Part shown: positions 27,014-39,704 of the stretch, piece after piece | How the letters are laid out: each line of letters begins with the position of its first letter | How positions within the stretch are numbered: position 1 is the first letter of the stretch | DNA from: Macrostomum hystrix | Lineage: Eukaryota > Animalia > Platyhelminthes | Direction: 5' to 3' | NCBI GenBank assembly: GCA_950097015.1 | Contig: CATNEN010000003.1 | Location: forward strand, 620,001-684,000 | DNA: 64,000 bases | Notes under the pieces: model-generated | What the model was told of the DNA's origin: nothing | The model's input: the letters and a program-made list of their open reading frames with translations, nothing else | The model's database searches: none | Made by a program: the position numbers and the translations under genes

Positions 27014-28284
27014 CAAAATTTATATGATAATTTATAGACCAAATAAATTTAAGTTCTTAAAATAGAGTAGGCCTAATTTCCTCAAATGCAATAATGTAGC
27101 AATTTGATCTCTTCTAGCAAGTCAAGTGCCTTTTGTGCTACAAAGTAATAAATATTGAGTCATTTTTGTCTTTTAAATTATGCTATGTATATATAATATA
27201 TATTATAATTATATATTAATAGGCCTATATAGTCACTATATGTCTATATAAATCTAATAGATGCACCTTAACAGCACAACAACATACATAGGCATAGCTT
27301 GAATATTTAATTTAGATCTACATATAACTTAAGGTCAAGCCAGGGAATTCAACTTCAAGGATTATTCATAGGCCCAGGTTAGTGATATTCCTTAAGTGGA
27401 ATATTAAATAGGCCTTATAATGGACCTATAAGTAATCTTCCATAAGTATGAGAGGCACTAAGACTCTTTGCACTGTAGGCCTAATACTATTTTGTAATGC
27501 ATATTATATTAATAATTAATATACATATCCATGACATGACCATTTGTATATTAGCATTAGTTGTTAAACTATTTAACGAAATCTAATCTGATTCAGCCTA
27601 AAAAATTAGCTACTAACTTAGATTATGTTTTTGCTAGTTAAGGCTTTAAAAGTTAAGCTAAGCTGAAAGGCTTAAAGCTAAGGCTACACTTGCAAATCAG
27701 ATCATCAGATAGATCTAGATCTAGACATTGACCGATAAAAAATTAAAAGAAAGAGATAAACATAGTGATTGGTATTATTTTCAGTTTATTTAAAGTAAAT
27801 ATTGCAAAACTAAATATACTTCCTTCCTTCAACGACCAACAGCAGAATCCTCTGTGAATCATTTGTTTTGCTACATTTTGTTTCGTATAAAAGTATCGAT
27901 CGGAATATCAAGCGGAATATCAAGCGGAATATCTGTTGGTGAATGTTATATACATTATACAAAATGTCTCCGAAAGCCTCCAAACTTCTGAATTTAATTT
28001 AAATTCAGCTTTACATTTAAAATTTACAGACAAAAATAGCATGAATTCCAGCTTAATTGTAGGTAGCTAGGTTATTTCAATTTAGGTGCCTAAATCAAAG
28101 GAGCTAGCATCTTATTGTCAGATATCAAGAGTTGAGATTAACTCACCAACTCTCACAGGAGTCCTGAATTGAAATGAAATCCATGGAACTGAAAAGCAAA
28201 ACAAAAGTTGTTTTAATTGTGGCTTCTACTATACCAACTTAATCATACTGTGATTTCATAAATTTAGCTTGAGATAGCCCTCTG

Positions 28285-29759
28285 CCCGACCGAAAATAAA
28301 TGTCCTTTAAAAGCGTCAAATGGCACATAAAAAATGAATTAGAGCGAAGCGCAAAATAACTGTCGAAACGTCTGGAAAATGGGCTTTTTCGACAATTGGT
28401 GGCACAGCATGGCACAAATTTTACTGTGCCAAGCTGTGCCATATGGCCTAAGTGAGACAATTAGAAATCGATCATTTTAATTGTGCACTACTATGCCACA
28501 ACTGTGTCAGTCGTCCTAGTTCGTTTTGAATACGTATAATTGCGCACAACTGTGCCAGAAATGTGCCATTTGGCATAGATACCTGACAAGTAAATGTGCT
28601 GTTTGAAGCAGTCAAACTGTGCCATTTGGTGTAGATACACCTGATGAGTAAATGTGCTGTTTGAAGCAGTCAAACTATGCCATTTGGTGTAGATACACCT
28701 GACGAGTAAATGTGCTGTTTGAAGCAGTCAAACTAGGGGCGCAAATGTGCCATTGATGCTGCTATAGGTGACGCGTTAAAGTACATGAAGTAGCCAGCAT
28801 GTTGTGAAAAAGTACATGCTTAAAGGAGGGAACACAAATTGTAAAATTTTGCCAATATAAATTAAACATTGAAACAATCGCGCGAAGGCGTACTTGAAAT
28901 TAAAACGATCTGGAAAGTAATCCGGATGCTGCCCATACATATATATTTGCTGGAAAATAGAAAACATGAATAGCGACGAAAAAATACGCAAGTATCAAAG
29001 CTATTATGACAGTAACTGGTATGGTTAGCAGCTAGTTTATTTAATCCCCAGCTTGGCCCAGCCAGTTGCCTATCTCCACAGTGTATTTTCATTTAACTGG
29101 CCTAAGCCAGTCATTTAACAGCCTAGGCCGATTAAACGTATAGTCTTCCTTTTCTTTCTTTTTCTTAATGATTTCTTAATGATTTGTCTATGGCAGTACC
29201 ATGTGGGGGCTTCGCCCCCACACCCCCAACATTTCGTCTATAGCCAACTAATTCAGCAAGAGAGCAAAAATAACAAGCCAAGGCCGAGATAGCTCGTACT
29301 GGCAAACAAACAGTCAATTATATATTTCGTACCTAAAATATAAGCTTTGTTTACTATGCCTGGTGGGCACAAAGAGGACAGACAAAGACAGTTATAACTG
29401 TGCCAAAGGGCATATTTGTGGCACAACGGGCACATTTGTTACTAGTGCGCCATGTGTGCCAATTGGTTTTCGTGGTCAATTAGCAATAACAATGTTAAAT
29501 GTGCCAATTGTGCCAAGAGGGACAGACAAAGACATTTACAACTGTGCAAAAGGGCATAGCTGTGGCACAACTGGCACATTTGTTACAAGTGTGCCAAGTG
29601 TGCCAATTGGTTTCAATGGGCAATTATCGTACAAAAGGTTATTTGTGCCACTTGTGCCAAACAGGACAGACAAAGACAGTTATAACTGTGCCAAAGGGCA
29701 TATTTGTGGCACAACTGGCACACTTACTGTTTTTGAGAGGACATTTATTTTCGGTCGGG
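28285..29759. mobile_element. Non-autonomous EnSpm/CACTA-like element
   Basis: TIR CCCGACCGAAAATAAATGTCCT; 2-bp TSD TG; many subterminal TGTGCCA/TGGCACA motifs. Confidence 0.8.
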
Positions 29760-30025
29760 TGTATAAATTACCTGTCAAGAGAATGGACCATTGCATTCAG
29801 CAAACAGTTTTTTGTCCAAAATTAAGGTGCAATTTGTGACCTTGTGGCCTTGGTTGAAAATTTAGGTGCCAATTAGTGTATCAAATGTAAAAATAATGTA
29901 ACAAACCATATAATAAAGCATTTTCAAAAGCTGCTCAGATGCTGTAGGTTTTTAAAAAATTAGAAAAAAGAAAGTTTTCTAAATTAATATCTAATAAAAT
30001 ACTTTTTAGCCTGCCTATTATGTAG

Positions 30026-30979
<954 letters not shown>

Positions 30980-30981
30980 TT

Positions 30982-31436
30982 GACCAGCCTCCAAAACACA
31001 CACTCACCCAACTGGATTGTTAGACCAGCCTCCAAAACACACACTCACCCAACTGGATTGTTAGACCAGCCTCCAAAACACACACTCACCCAACTGGATT
31101 GTTAGACCAGCCTCCAAAACACACACTCACCCAACTGGATTGTTAGACCAGCCTCCAAAACACACACTCACCCAACTGGATTGTTAGACCAGCCTCCAAA
31201 ACACACACTCACCCAACTGGATTGTTAGACCAGCCTCCAAAACACACACTCACCCAACTGGATTGTTAGACCAGCCTCCAAAACACACACTCACCCAACT
31301 GGATTGTTAGACCAGCCTCCAAAACACACTCACCCAACTGGATTGTTAGACCAGCCTCCAAAACACACACTCACCCAACTGGATTGTTAGACCAGCCTCC
31401 AAAACACACACTCACCCAACTGGATTGTTAGACCAG
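30982..31436. repeat. 41-bp minisatellite (~11 units) starting 3 nt after the GOLPH3 stop codon
   Basis: GACCAGCCTCCAAAACACACACTCACCCAACTGGATTGTTA in near-perfect copies. Confidence 0.95.
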
Positions 31437-33097
31437 TTAGACCCTCACCTAACTATACTCGCCTCATATATATATGCCTATGAGCCCTTAGCATGGCAAT
31501 ATTCTAATTTGTAAACTGTATGGAGTTTGTATTAGATAGCATCGCTTTATAATTGTATCTTTCTGATTAAATGCGGTATATTTTGTTATAAATTGTATTC
31601 ATTAATCTTATTATCATATTTTACCAGGTTTGTTTACCATAGAAATCATCTGGGGATTAAGAAATTGGAGTTGCTTACTTTTTCTCAGCTTTAATTCATT
31701 GCCACAGAGTTTTGTCACATTTTTGATTAGCTTAAATTTTGTTAGTTTTTTGCTAATCATACTACTGTTTTAATACATTTGTGCGCTATAGTAGTAGGGC
31801 AGTGCTTTTTTTATTTTGCTGATGGTACATTAAAGTCTTGCAATTGGTGTTTTCCGGTATTTTTTGGTTTGGTTTGTTTAGTCTTCCTCAAATTAATCAT
31901 GGAGCTAACTGTAAATTATTGATTTAACAGTGAATCTTTAAACTGGAATTGTATTTTTATCAGATATTAATTTGTAAGATCTGCTTACGAGTATGTCAGC
32001 CAATAGTAATGGTGTAAAATATTTTTTTCTTATTTATAGTTTTGTGTCCAGTACTTGTTAAATGGTGAGTGCGGCTTTTAAAATAATTTTTTGTTCTTTA
32101 CATTTGATCAAATGTCTGTTTTTACTGCAGTGCAATAAATTATATTCATGCTATCCATGCTAAAAAGGTAGAAATGTTGTTGCTGAAGCTTTACGCGGTT
32201 CTGTCTTATTTTTGCCTTCTTCATTCTTATGTTTCCAACCTCCAGTCTATGGGCTTTCTTCTAGCTCGTCTATGGATCTGTCGATGTCTTCAAATCGTCT
32301 TCTACATATATATATGTGTGTGTGTCTATGGCCGAGAAAGTCCTGTCCTTTCATATTTTCTATTTTAAACGAAAAGCGTGCAGTTAACGGATGTCTATGG
32401 CAATAAGGGAGACTAATTCGCGTTCCTAAAATACGAAGCGCCCTCGTGCCAAGACGTCAACAACACTCTAAAGTTAGAGTCAATCATACATTCGTATTTG
32501 TCTTATCTCATTGTTGTATCTCACCCTTTTATGATACTAGATAGCTTAGCTCTCCTATTTCCTATCTCTCCCGTGTCTCATCTCTCTTCTATCTCATGTC
32601 TAATCTCTCGCGTATCTCATCTCTCCCCTTTTCTCATCTTTCTCTAGCATTATCTTGTCACTATCTTATCATTCTCCAGTATTATCTTTTCGCTGTGTTA
32701 TCTCTCCCCCGTCTCATCTCTTTCGTGCCTTTTCTCTCCTCTGTCTTAACTCACCTGTCTCACCCCTGACCTGTTTCACACGTATTCCCTTATTTCTATC
32801 TCCCATCTAGTCAAAGTTGTGTGTTTAGGTTTTGTCTTTGGCTCGCAAGTAACATATGAGTAAAAATGCCAAGTAACTTCGTGTATTATATATATTGTAC
32901 TTTATATTTTAGTATTTATATATAGTATTAAATTATATATAGTATTTATTTATATATGTATTAAGTCAGTTAAAAATTGTGTTACTATTTTGTGTTGAAT
33001 TAGTTTTGAATCATATAAATCGAGCCGAAAATCGTCATCTTCGAATGGCGATTAATCCGCGTAATTTCCAAGGCAAGACCCAATTCCAAATCAAATC

Positions 33098-33228
33098 ATA
33101 GGCAGCGCCATGGCAAATCCATGGCAAATAAGATAGTGACAAGATAATTCCATGGCAAATCCGCGTCCATATTTTGAATCATATGGCAAATCCATGGTAA
33201 TCCATGGCAAATCCATGGCGCTGCCTAT
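33098..33228. mobile_element. Small MITE-like element
   Basis: 16-bp perfect TIR ATAGGCAGCGCCATGG; internal CCATGGCAAAT repeats. Confidence 0.65.
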
Positions 33229-34857
33229 AGAATTATCAATATATAGTCCCGGCACTAAAATAATGTCTGCAATCGAATGGATTGGAAAAGTAATTGTGAG
33301 CGTAAATTGAGTTAAAAAGGCATTATTTACTATTGCACTATATGCACTGAAGTGGGACTTCCCTTCGTTAAAATGCTGGTAAGTATTATATCAACCATTT
33401 TTTTCAATGAACATCGCATTCGGCAGAACAACTTCCGAAATCCCCGAATTTTATAAAATCCCTAAACTTCAGTAGCCCCAAACTCATGAATTTTTGGGTA
33501 ATTAAAACGCCATGTAATTAGTGTTCCTTCCTGATGCAAAATCGTGTAATACATTTCTGAAATGTTTCTTCTCTTCGATACTGCCTTAATCGTTAAGTAG
33601 CCAAAGCAAATATCTGAGTTCAGCGCTTTTAAAGCACATAGTCCTGTTGACAAAATGCCGCGGATATTCCGCGGAATTTCCACTATCCATTCGCGAGTCC
33701 AAAACCGCCCCGCTCTGAGGCAAGCCTTGCTCCTCTTGTCTCCAACTGGGGACTTTTGCACACGATGGCGCCTCCACGGACTTTCCGTGGATTTCCAGCG
33801 GTTCGACCTGTTTGACTGCAGTTTTTCAGCACTCCTCGTGCATCAGTAATGTCATACCTGCGGCTTAGATATGCAGAATGACGAAGCAGGGACTTATTAT
33901 TCCTACATTTCAAGGGCGACCATGACGGGGACAGAGTAGCCTGTGCTGATTTTATTCCTGCGTCGCACATTGATCGAATAGATTTTGCCGCAGTTCTTAA
34001 TTCTTGTGGTTGCTCTAGACAATCATTCGAGTCAATCTATTAAGGAAATTCCGTGGCTTCGCCACCATGCATCCTGTGTCACTAAGGATTTCCATGGCGC
34101 ATCCAGGGAATTTCCGCGGTCTCGCTGTGGAATTCTCATGCAGATCATGCAGTTCGACTGCTCATTCTCTACCACATCAGCAGAAGCTGTCAGGCCTATA
34201 GCCCAGTCAATCAAGCCAATTTTCGAGATCGACCTCTGCAGCAAAGGACACTCAGCCAACTGCATCAACAAGCTGACAGGACATGAAGGTGAAATGGAAC
34301 TGACGCTGAACTCATTAAAATTCATGGTGTTAACTAGAGCAAGGCTACATGTAATCCAGTTACAGCTTAGTTTCTTGCGCAAATATTATAGGACATCTTA
34401 ATACTGATCTGATATCGGTTCCTGGTGTCACACATGCATGCAGACGTTAATAAGCGCATTAAAATGTGGCAGTAAAATCTAAAAATAATCTCGCGTGACC
34501 TCCAGCGTAGCACCTGAACATTTCCAGACAATAACGTACTCACAATTCAATGGGAATGCCCGTTGTGCTGTAACTGCAGACTCAGCTATGCTTTATAGAG
34601 CATCAGAAGTCTCGTACAAGCAGCCATTTACATGTACCAGTGCTCTCTTTGAGCACTTTATTGCTAAGAGTACTTGCACCGTTATTAATCTTTCTTATTT
34701 AACACATTATTGTTAAGCTCCGCATTTATCTGGTTAAAACATTGCAGTTTTCTAACCTCGGCCAGTCATTTTCTCTGCTGCTGCTGCTGGTAATGTTAAT
34801 TAATCTGTAAGCATCTTTGCTCTTCCTTTCACTTTCTGGTTACTGAGCACACCTTAG

Positions 34858-36981
34858 GTCCTCTTTAATCATTCGCTGTTTAAACTCGGGTTTCAGAGCA
34901 TCTGGTGGCACACACTTCTGCGACTGCAGCGGACATCAGAAAGTCTTTGACATTGCATATCGCACCGACGAAACCTTTCAGCCAAGGTGCTTCTTTCCGT
35001 CTGCCGCCACCGCCAATTCCTGCATGATTTCTACAGCTGGACTGACGTCCAACCACAGTCGGTTGCTGCTGCTGGCAGTTGTTGCAAATGACTCCGATAA
35101 AACCGTCCAGCAGATGAATTATTACATTCTGGAACATGAGTTCAACATTGTGCCAGGTCTGATGCATGCCGTGTGCCTGCTAAAGCTCAGGTGAGTTGCT
35201 GATTGCTGATGCCTGATAGGGTTAAACGACCAGTGTCATATGGTGAACTGAATGAGTTGGATTTCTTGCATTACAGAGGCAGCCCGATTTCGATCTCAGT
35301 GCAGCCGGTTGCCAGGGAAGCCAACGTCACCAGTCTCCCAGTCAGCCTCAGAGCAGCGCTCATCAAGCCTGGTTACTGCGCCAGAGACATGCTCAGTTTC
35401 CATGGCAACTGCTACGCCGTCAGCGCAGTTCACATGAGCAGCACAGACGCCTTGTCCAAAATCGGCGGCGATGCAGAACTGGCTCGCTTCGGCAGCATGT
35501 CCGAGATCAGTCAGCTCCTCGCTGCCAGTGAGTGCGTTCACTAGGGCTGCTAGACTAGGCTTGAGACGCAGCATGTAGTGGAATTTGCTGCTAGCTTCGA
35601 GTCTAATGTGCACCAGTAAGCCACAATGTCCAAATCCGCATTCCAGACGCAGCCAGGACAAAAAAGTATCCGTACAAGCAGCCGCTGAGCCTTGGCAAGC
35701 CAGTCCGCATCAACCTGCTCCTCCGCACAGCCGACGGCGCCCAGCTGTCCGCGTTTCGCAACGGCAGCCGCTGCGAGCTGCGACGCGTCGCCTCGCTAAG
35801 CCCAGACCAGTTCAGGTGAGAGAGTAGCGGCCGGTTGGTGTAATGTAGAGTGAGTAGTTTTCATCAAGACACCAATTTATGTTCTAGAGAAGTAGCCACA
35901 GAATATTACACAGAATGCTCAATCGAGCTCTCTGCTTGAAAATCGCTGTGCCAGAAAGATGCGCCATTAAGCCTACTATTGGGGTGAAGAAAAGTTAGTA
36001 GCATACTGCTATGAAACTCTAGGATCTGTGCCACATACGATTTTTCACAAGGCATTTTTTGTTCTTATTGTAGTCTGCAAGCATGACTGCAACTAACTGC
36101 GTATTTTCCTGTTTTTGCGTATCCTTATTCGTCGCATTCCTTTTACCGCTATAATAATGTCACTACCCAGTGTCAAGCGTCGTTTCATCGTACTTCATCT
36201 ATACATACTCGTATTTACAAGTTTGGATATTATGGGCCAATTTTCCAAAGCACTGTTCTAAAGTAGAACTATACCAGTAATACAACTTAAATAAACTTTT
36301 ATTGCACGTGCTTTCATTGACTTTAGGTTGTCTGTGGTTAGTACTACAGCTAGTAAAGTTAGTAATACGCTCGTAATCTGCACCCCAAGAGTAGGCTCAC
36401 GGCATTTAAACTCGCCCAGATAGTTTTCTCGTGATAGAGGATTATGTGTAATATTCTGTGGAAGTAGCAGGGACAAAATCTAGCTTCCGTGCTCTTTGCG
36501 TCGCTTCAGAGTGCTCGACGGAGTCCCAGGCGCAGTGCCAGGCGGAGTGCCAGCTCTGCTGTGTGCGTCTGTGCGAGTGCCCTCAGACTTGTTGAAGGCT
36601 AGCGAGCCGATGATCGACTTCGGTCGCTGCGACGCTCCAATGCAGTCGCTGGTGAGCTTTCCGGAGGCGGCCACCGAGGGCTCTCTTCTAGGCTTCGTCG
36701 AGCCGTGCGACATCAACCAAATGTCTGCTGTCCGAAGATCGACGATGCTGCCAAGTGAGGCGGCTGCAAAGCAGGGAGAAGCAAATCCTGGTCTTGGCTT
36801 GAGTGTTGTTGCTATTGCTGCTGCTGTTGCTGCTTTTACTGTTATTGTCGTGATTTTCGGCCCCTATTTTAGAGCGCGTAGCTCAAGAAATAGGGCTCAA
36901 GGCAATAGTGCTCAATCAGTTGAGCTTGATAGCCAAGCGGAGACCCAGCTAAGTGACCAGTCATCGGATTCACCTGTCTAA
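34858..36981 (+). CDS. Receptor gene A: single-pass membrane protein with a C-type-lectin-like domain; exons ~34858-35190, 35276-35527, 35648-35815, 36510-36981; 5' end uncertain
   Basis: In-frame GT-AG exons; CARDMLSFHGNCYAV...AELARFGSMSEISQL resembles a CTLD N-terminus; TM LSVVAIAAAVAAFTVIVVIFGPYF followed by RAR; exon-by-exon similarity to gene D. Confidence 0.7.
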
Positions 36982-37517
36982 CGCTTCATTGGCCATTGCT
37001 GCGTTGGAAATGAGCAAATTATATTGTAAATTAATTTCACCAGCTAATTGTGTAATTCTTTGCCAACTTGGAGTTGTGTATGGATTTGAAAGGTTGTGCA
37101 TTATAGTCTATCCCAAGTATTGTACATAGCAACGAAATACAAAGCGTGTATATTAGCTACATTAAGTATACGAGCTAAGTTTCCTTTATTTTGATAGGCT
37201 TTTGTAATTCGCAAAACCTTCCGAAAATTATTTTGTGTTTGTAAAGAAAACGGTTGCGCGACGAACTCTTCTGTGGTTCGCAAATTTTTCCTTTGATTTA
37301 TAATTATTTACAAAACAGATTTACATATTTACAAGTGTGACAGCATCACAATTACATGAATTTGTAACAAGCCAAGTCAAGTATGAAATAGATACTTGTT
37401 TTTTCAGGGTTATTGCTGTCAATCATCTATATTTATATTTCGTTTTTGATCTAGCAAAATAAGAAAACAATTCTTTCGCCCTCGAGCCTCATAATCGAGT
37501 TGATGCAGAAAGCTATT

Positions 37518-38435
37518 TGTAGTGAGCCACTGCTTAGGGGCCTATTGGTGTCTCACTAGCTGTCAGTAGCCCCACCTGCAAGGTAGCTTAGGTGTCCCCT
37601 TTTTATGGCATTGAGTGGCTGCCCGGCCCGCCCTATCTGTCTGGTCTGTCCCTCTCTGCCCCTCCCTTCCCCGGCCGCGCCTGTACTTTGAGTGTGCTGT
37701 CTCCTCCCCAGGGATGAGTCATCACCTCTTTGTCCCGCGCTGTCTTCGCTGTTCCCTGTCCCTTTTCTTTGTGTGTGCTTGTCTGCCCTCAGTCAGCACG
37801 TGATTCTCCTCATGTGACTGGCCTCTCTCTTTGTCTATTAAAGTGCACGTAAACATGTTTACTGCACTTGGGGCTTTGATTATGGGACAGGAGCTTACGT
37901 AGGAGTGACGTTTCTGGCGACACTGACGTCAGTTGCTATTTTTAGAAACCACGTGATTCCATCACTCTGCTCTGACCCTATGGGAGGCCCTTGCCTATAA
38001 AAGAAAGCCCCGCTCGATCCTCTGGCTCTTAAAGTTCAGGTTCGGTTCAGTTAGGTTCTTTTCTAATAGCGATACTCCGACCTTGTTATATTCACAGTGC
38101 CATCAGTGTCTAAGTTCCCACTTCAGTCTCTGCGTGTGACTGCTCGCAAGCTCAGTTCTGGCTAAGTCCCGAAACTAACTTAGCCTTCCCCCCACCATCC
38201 GAGCTACGCAGGACACTGACAGCCTTTAACTGCAACTGAAACTCTGCACGGTGTGCGCTTCTCAAGACTTCGTGACTTTATCTCTTTCGGGCCAAGGATC
38301 CTTCACCTCACCGAAGGCAGAAGTCCTGACGCCCTGGTGGCAGCGCTACTACGAGTACTACACTACCTAGAAATCTTGGACTTCATATTGGAGTTCGCCG
38401 GATCCCGCATTGTTAGCAGGACGACCGGTACAACA
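37518..38435 (+). mobile_element. Solo LTR
   Basis: TGTAGT...ACAACA termini, 4-bp TSD TATT on both sides, internal TATAAAAG box near 37996. Confidence 0.75.
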
Positions 38436-38619
38436 TATTATTAAATTGGTTTCTTGAGAATATTCCGCGGATTTTGCACGGATGTTTCGCGGAAAAAAAT
38501 AGTTTAAATTATGTTTGAGTTTGAATTATGTACTGCACTAGAGTAAAGCATTACAAGGCGTTCAAATTTCATCAGCTTTTCTTTGCGTCATGTTAGCGTT
38601 AGACGTGCAAGCACAGAAT

Positions 38620-38925
38620 CTTCCAGCTTCTATTTTCTAACTATCTTCCAGCTTCTAGCTTCTAGCCATCTGCTATTTTCTAGCTATCCTATCTTCTAGG
38701 TTCTAGCTATCTTCTATTTTCCAGCTATCCTCTAACTTCTAGCTTCTAGCTATCTTCCAGCTTCTAGCTTCTAGCCATCGTCTAGCTTCTAGCTATTATC
38801 TTTTTCTAGCTATCTTCTATCGTCTAGCTTTTAGCTTCTTCAAGCTATCTCCTATTTTCTAGCTATCTTCTAGCTAATAGATATCATCCAGCTTCTTCTT
38901 CCAGACTATCTTCTAGCTTGAAGCT
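38620..38925. repeat. Degenerate (TTCTAGC/TATC) tandem repeat
   Basis: Visible. Confidence 0.85.
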
Positions 38926-39704
38926 TCGAAGCTGTTGGAAGTTAAGCTACATTCTAAAGTAACGAATTCCAAAGTAACTAATTCCAAAGCCGAGATGCTT
39001 TGTTATATTGCGAAAAGGTTAGTAAATTGCGTTACAAGGCAATGAAGTCTTCAAATATTCGACGCCCATTACGCTTCTACAAGTGAGCAGTATAGTAGAG
39101 GTATGAGCGAAGAAATCTATAAATGTACAGTCAATCACAGTATACGAACTTTCATTTTGTTCTAAATAAAGAAATATCTGACGATTTCACTAGATATTTG
39201 TCAACCAAAAACAATTGATCAGGCAATCAGTCGTACCTATCTTAATGTGTCATGACTCATGTGTAATAATCAACTTCTTTTCGAATGCCCACTAAGTAGC
39301 CAAAATTGCCTTCGAGCTTGCAAACTTCTTTGAACCACTAACCATTTCTCGGATGGAATAAAATTCATTTAAATTGAATTAACCAATAAAAGTTAGATGA
39401 ATTTCAAGATTAATTTTCTACATCTTGTTTAAAACTCTGTTTAGTAACGTTATATAAATAGGCGTTTCGATTGATTGTCAAGTGGATAGACTAAGCGAGC
39501 TGACACAGCACAAACCATGTACAAAAGTTTTACGCTATAAACATCGTGTTTAAATCAGAAAGAAAAAATTCGCTTGGCATTGCCCGATGAGGCAGCACTA
39601 GCCGTGGTGTTTACTCCACACTGGCCCAACTCATCCGGGCTATTTCTCTGCAGGAATTTTGACAAATACGAGTGTAACACGGCACTGACAACCGCCGTCA
39701 AAAC

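Larger units (their letters stand above)
20798..27946 (-). mobile_element. 7.1-kb TIR DNA transposon, NOF-FB/Mutator-like
   Basis: ~85-95 bp TIRs (ACATTCACC(G/A)ACAGATATTCCGC...AAATGTAGCAAAACAAATGA); TATATA on both flanks; encloses the transposase. Confidence 0.85.

Noticed and set aside
29363-29839. 158-aa Cys-repeat ORF
   Set aside because: Arises from TGTGCCA subterminal repeats of the CACTA-like element
30982-31436. CRISPR-like appearance of the regular arrays (also 21060-22035 and 12983-13565)
   Set aside because: Head-to-tail repeats without unique spacers, no cas genes, eukaryotic context
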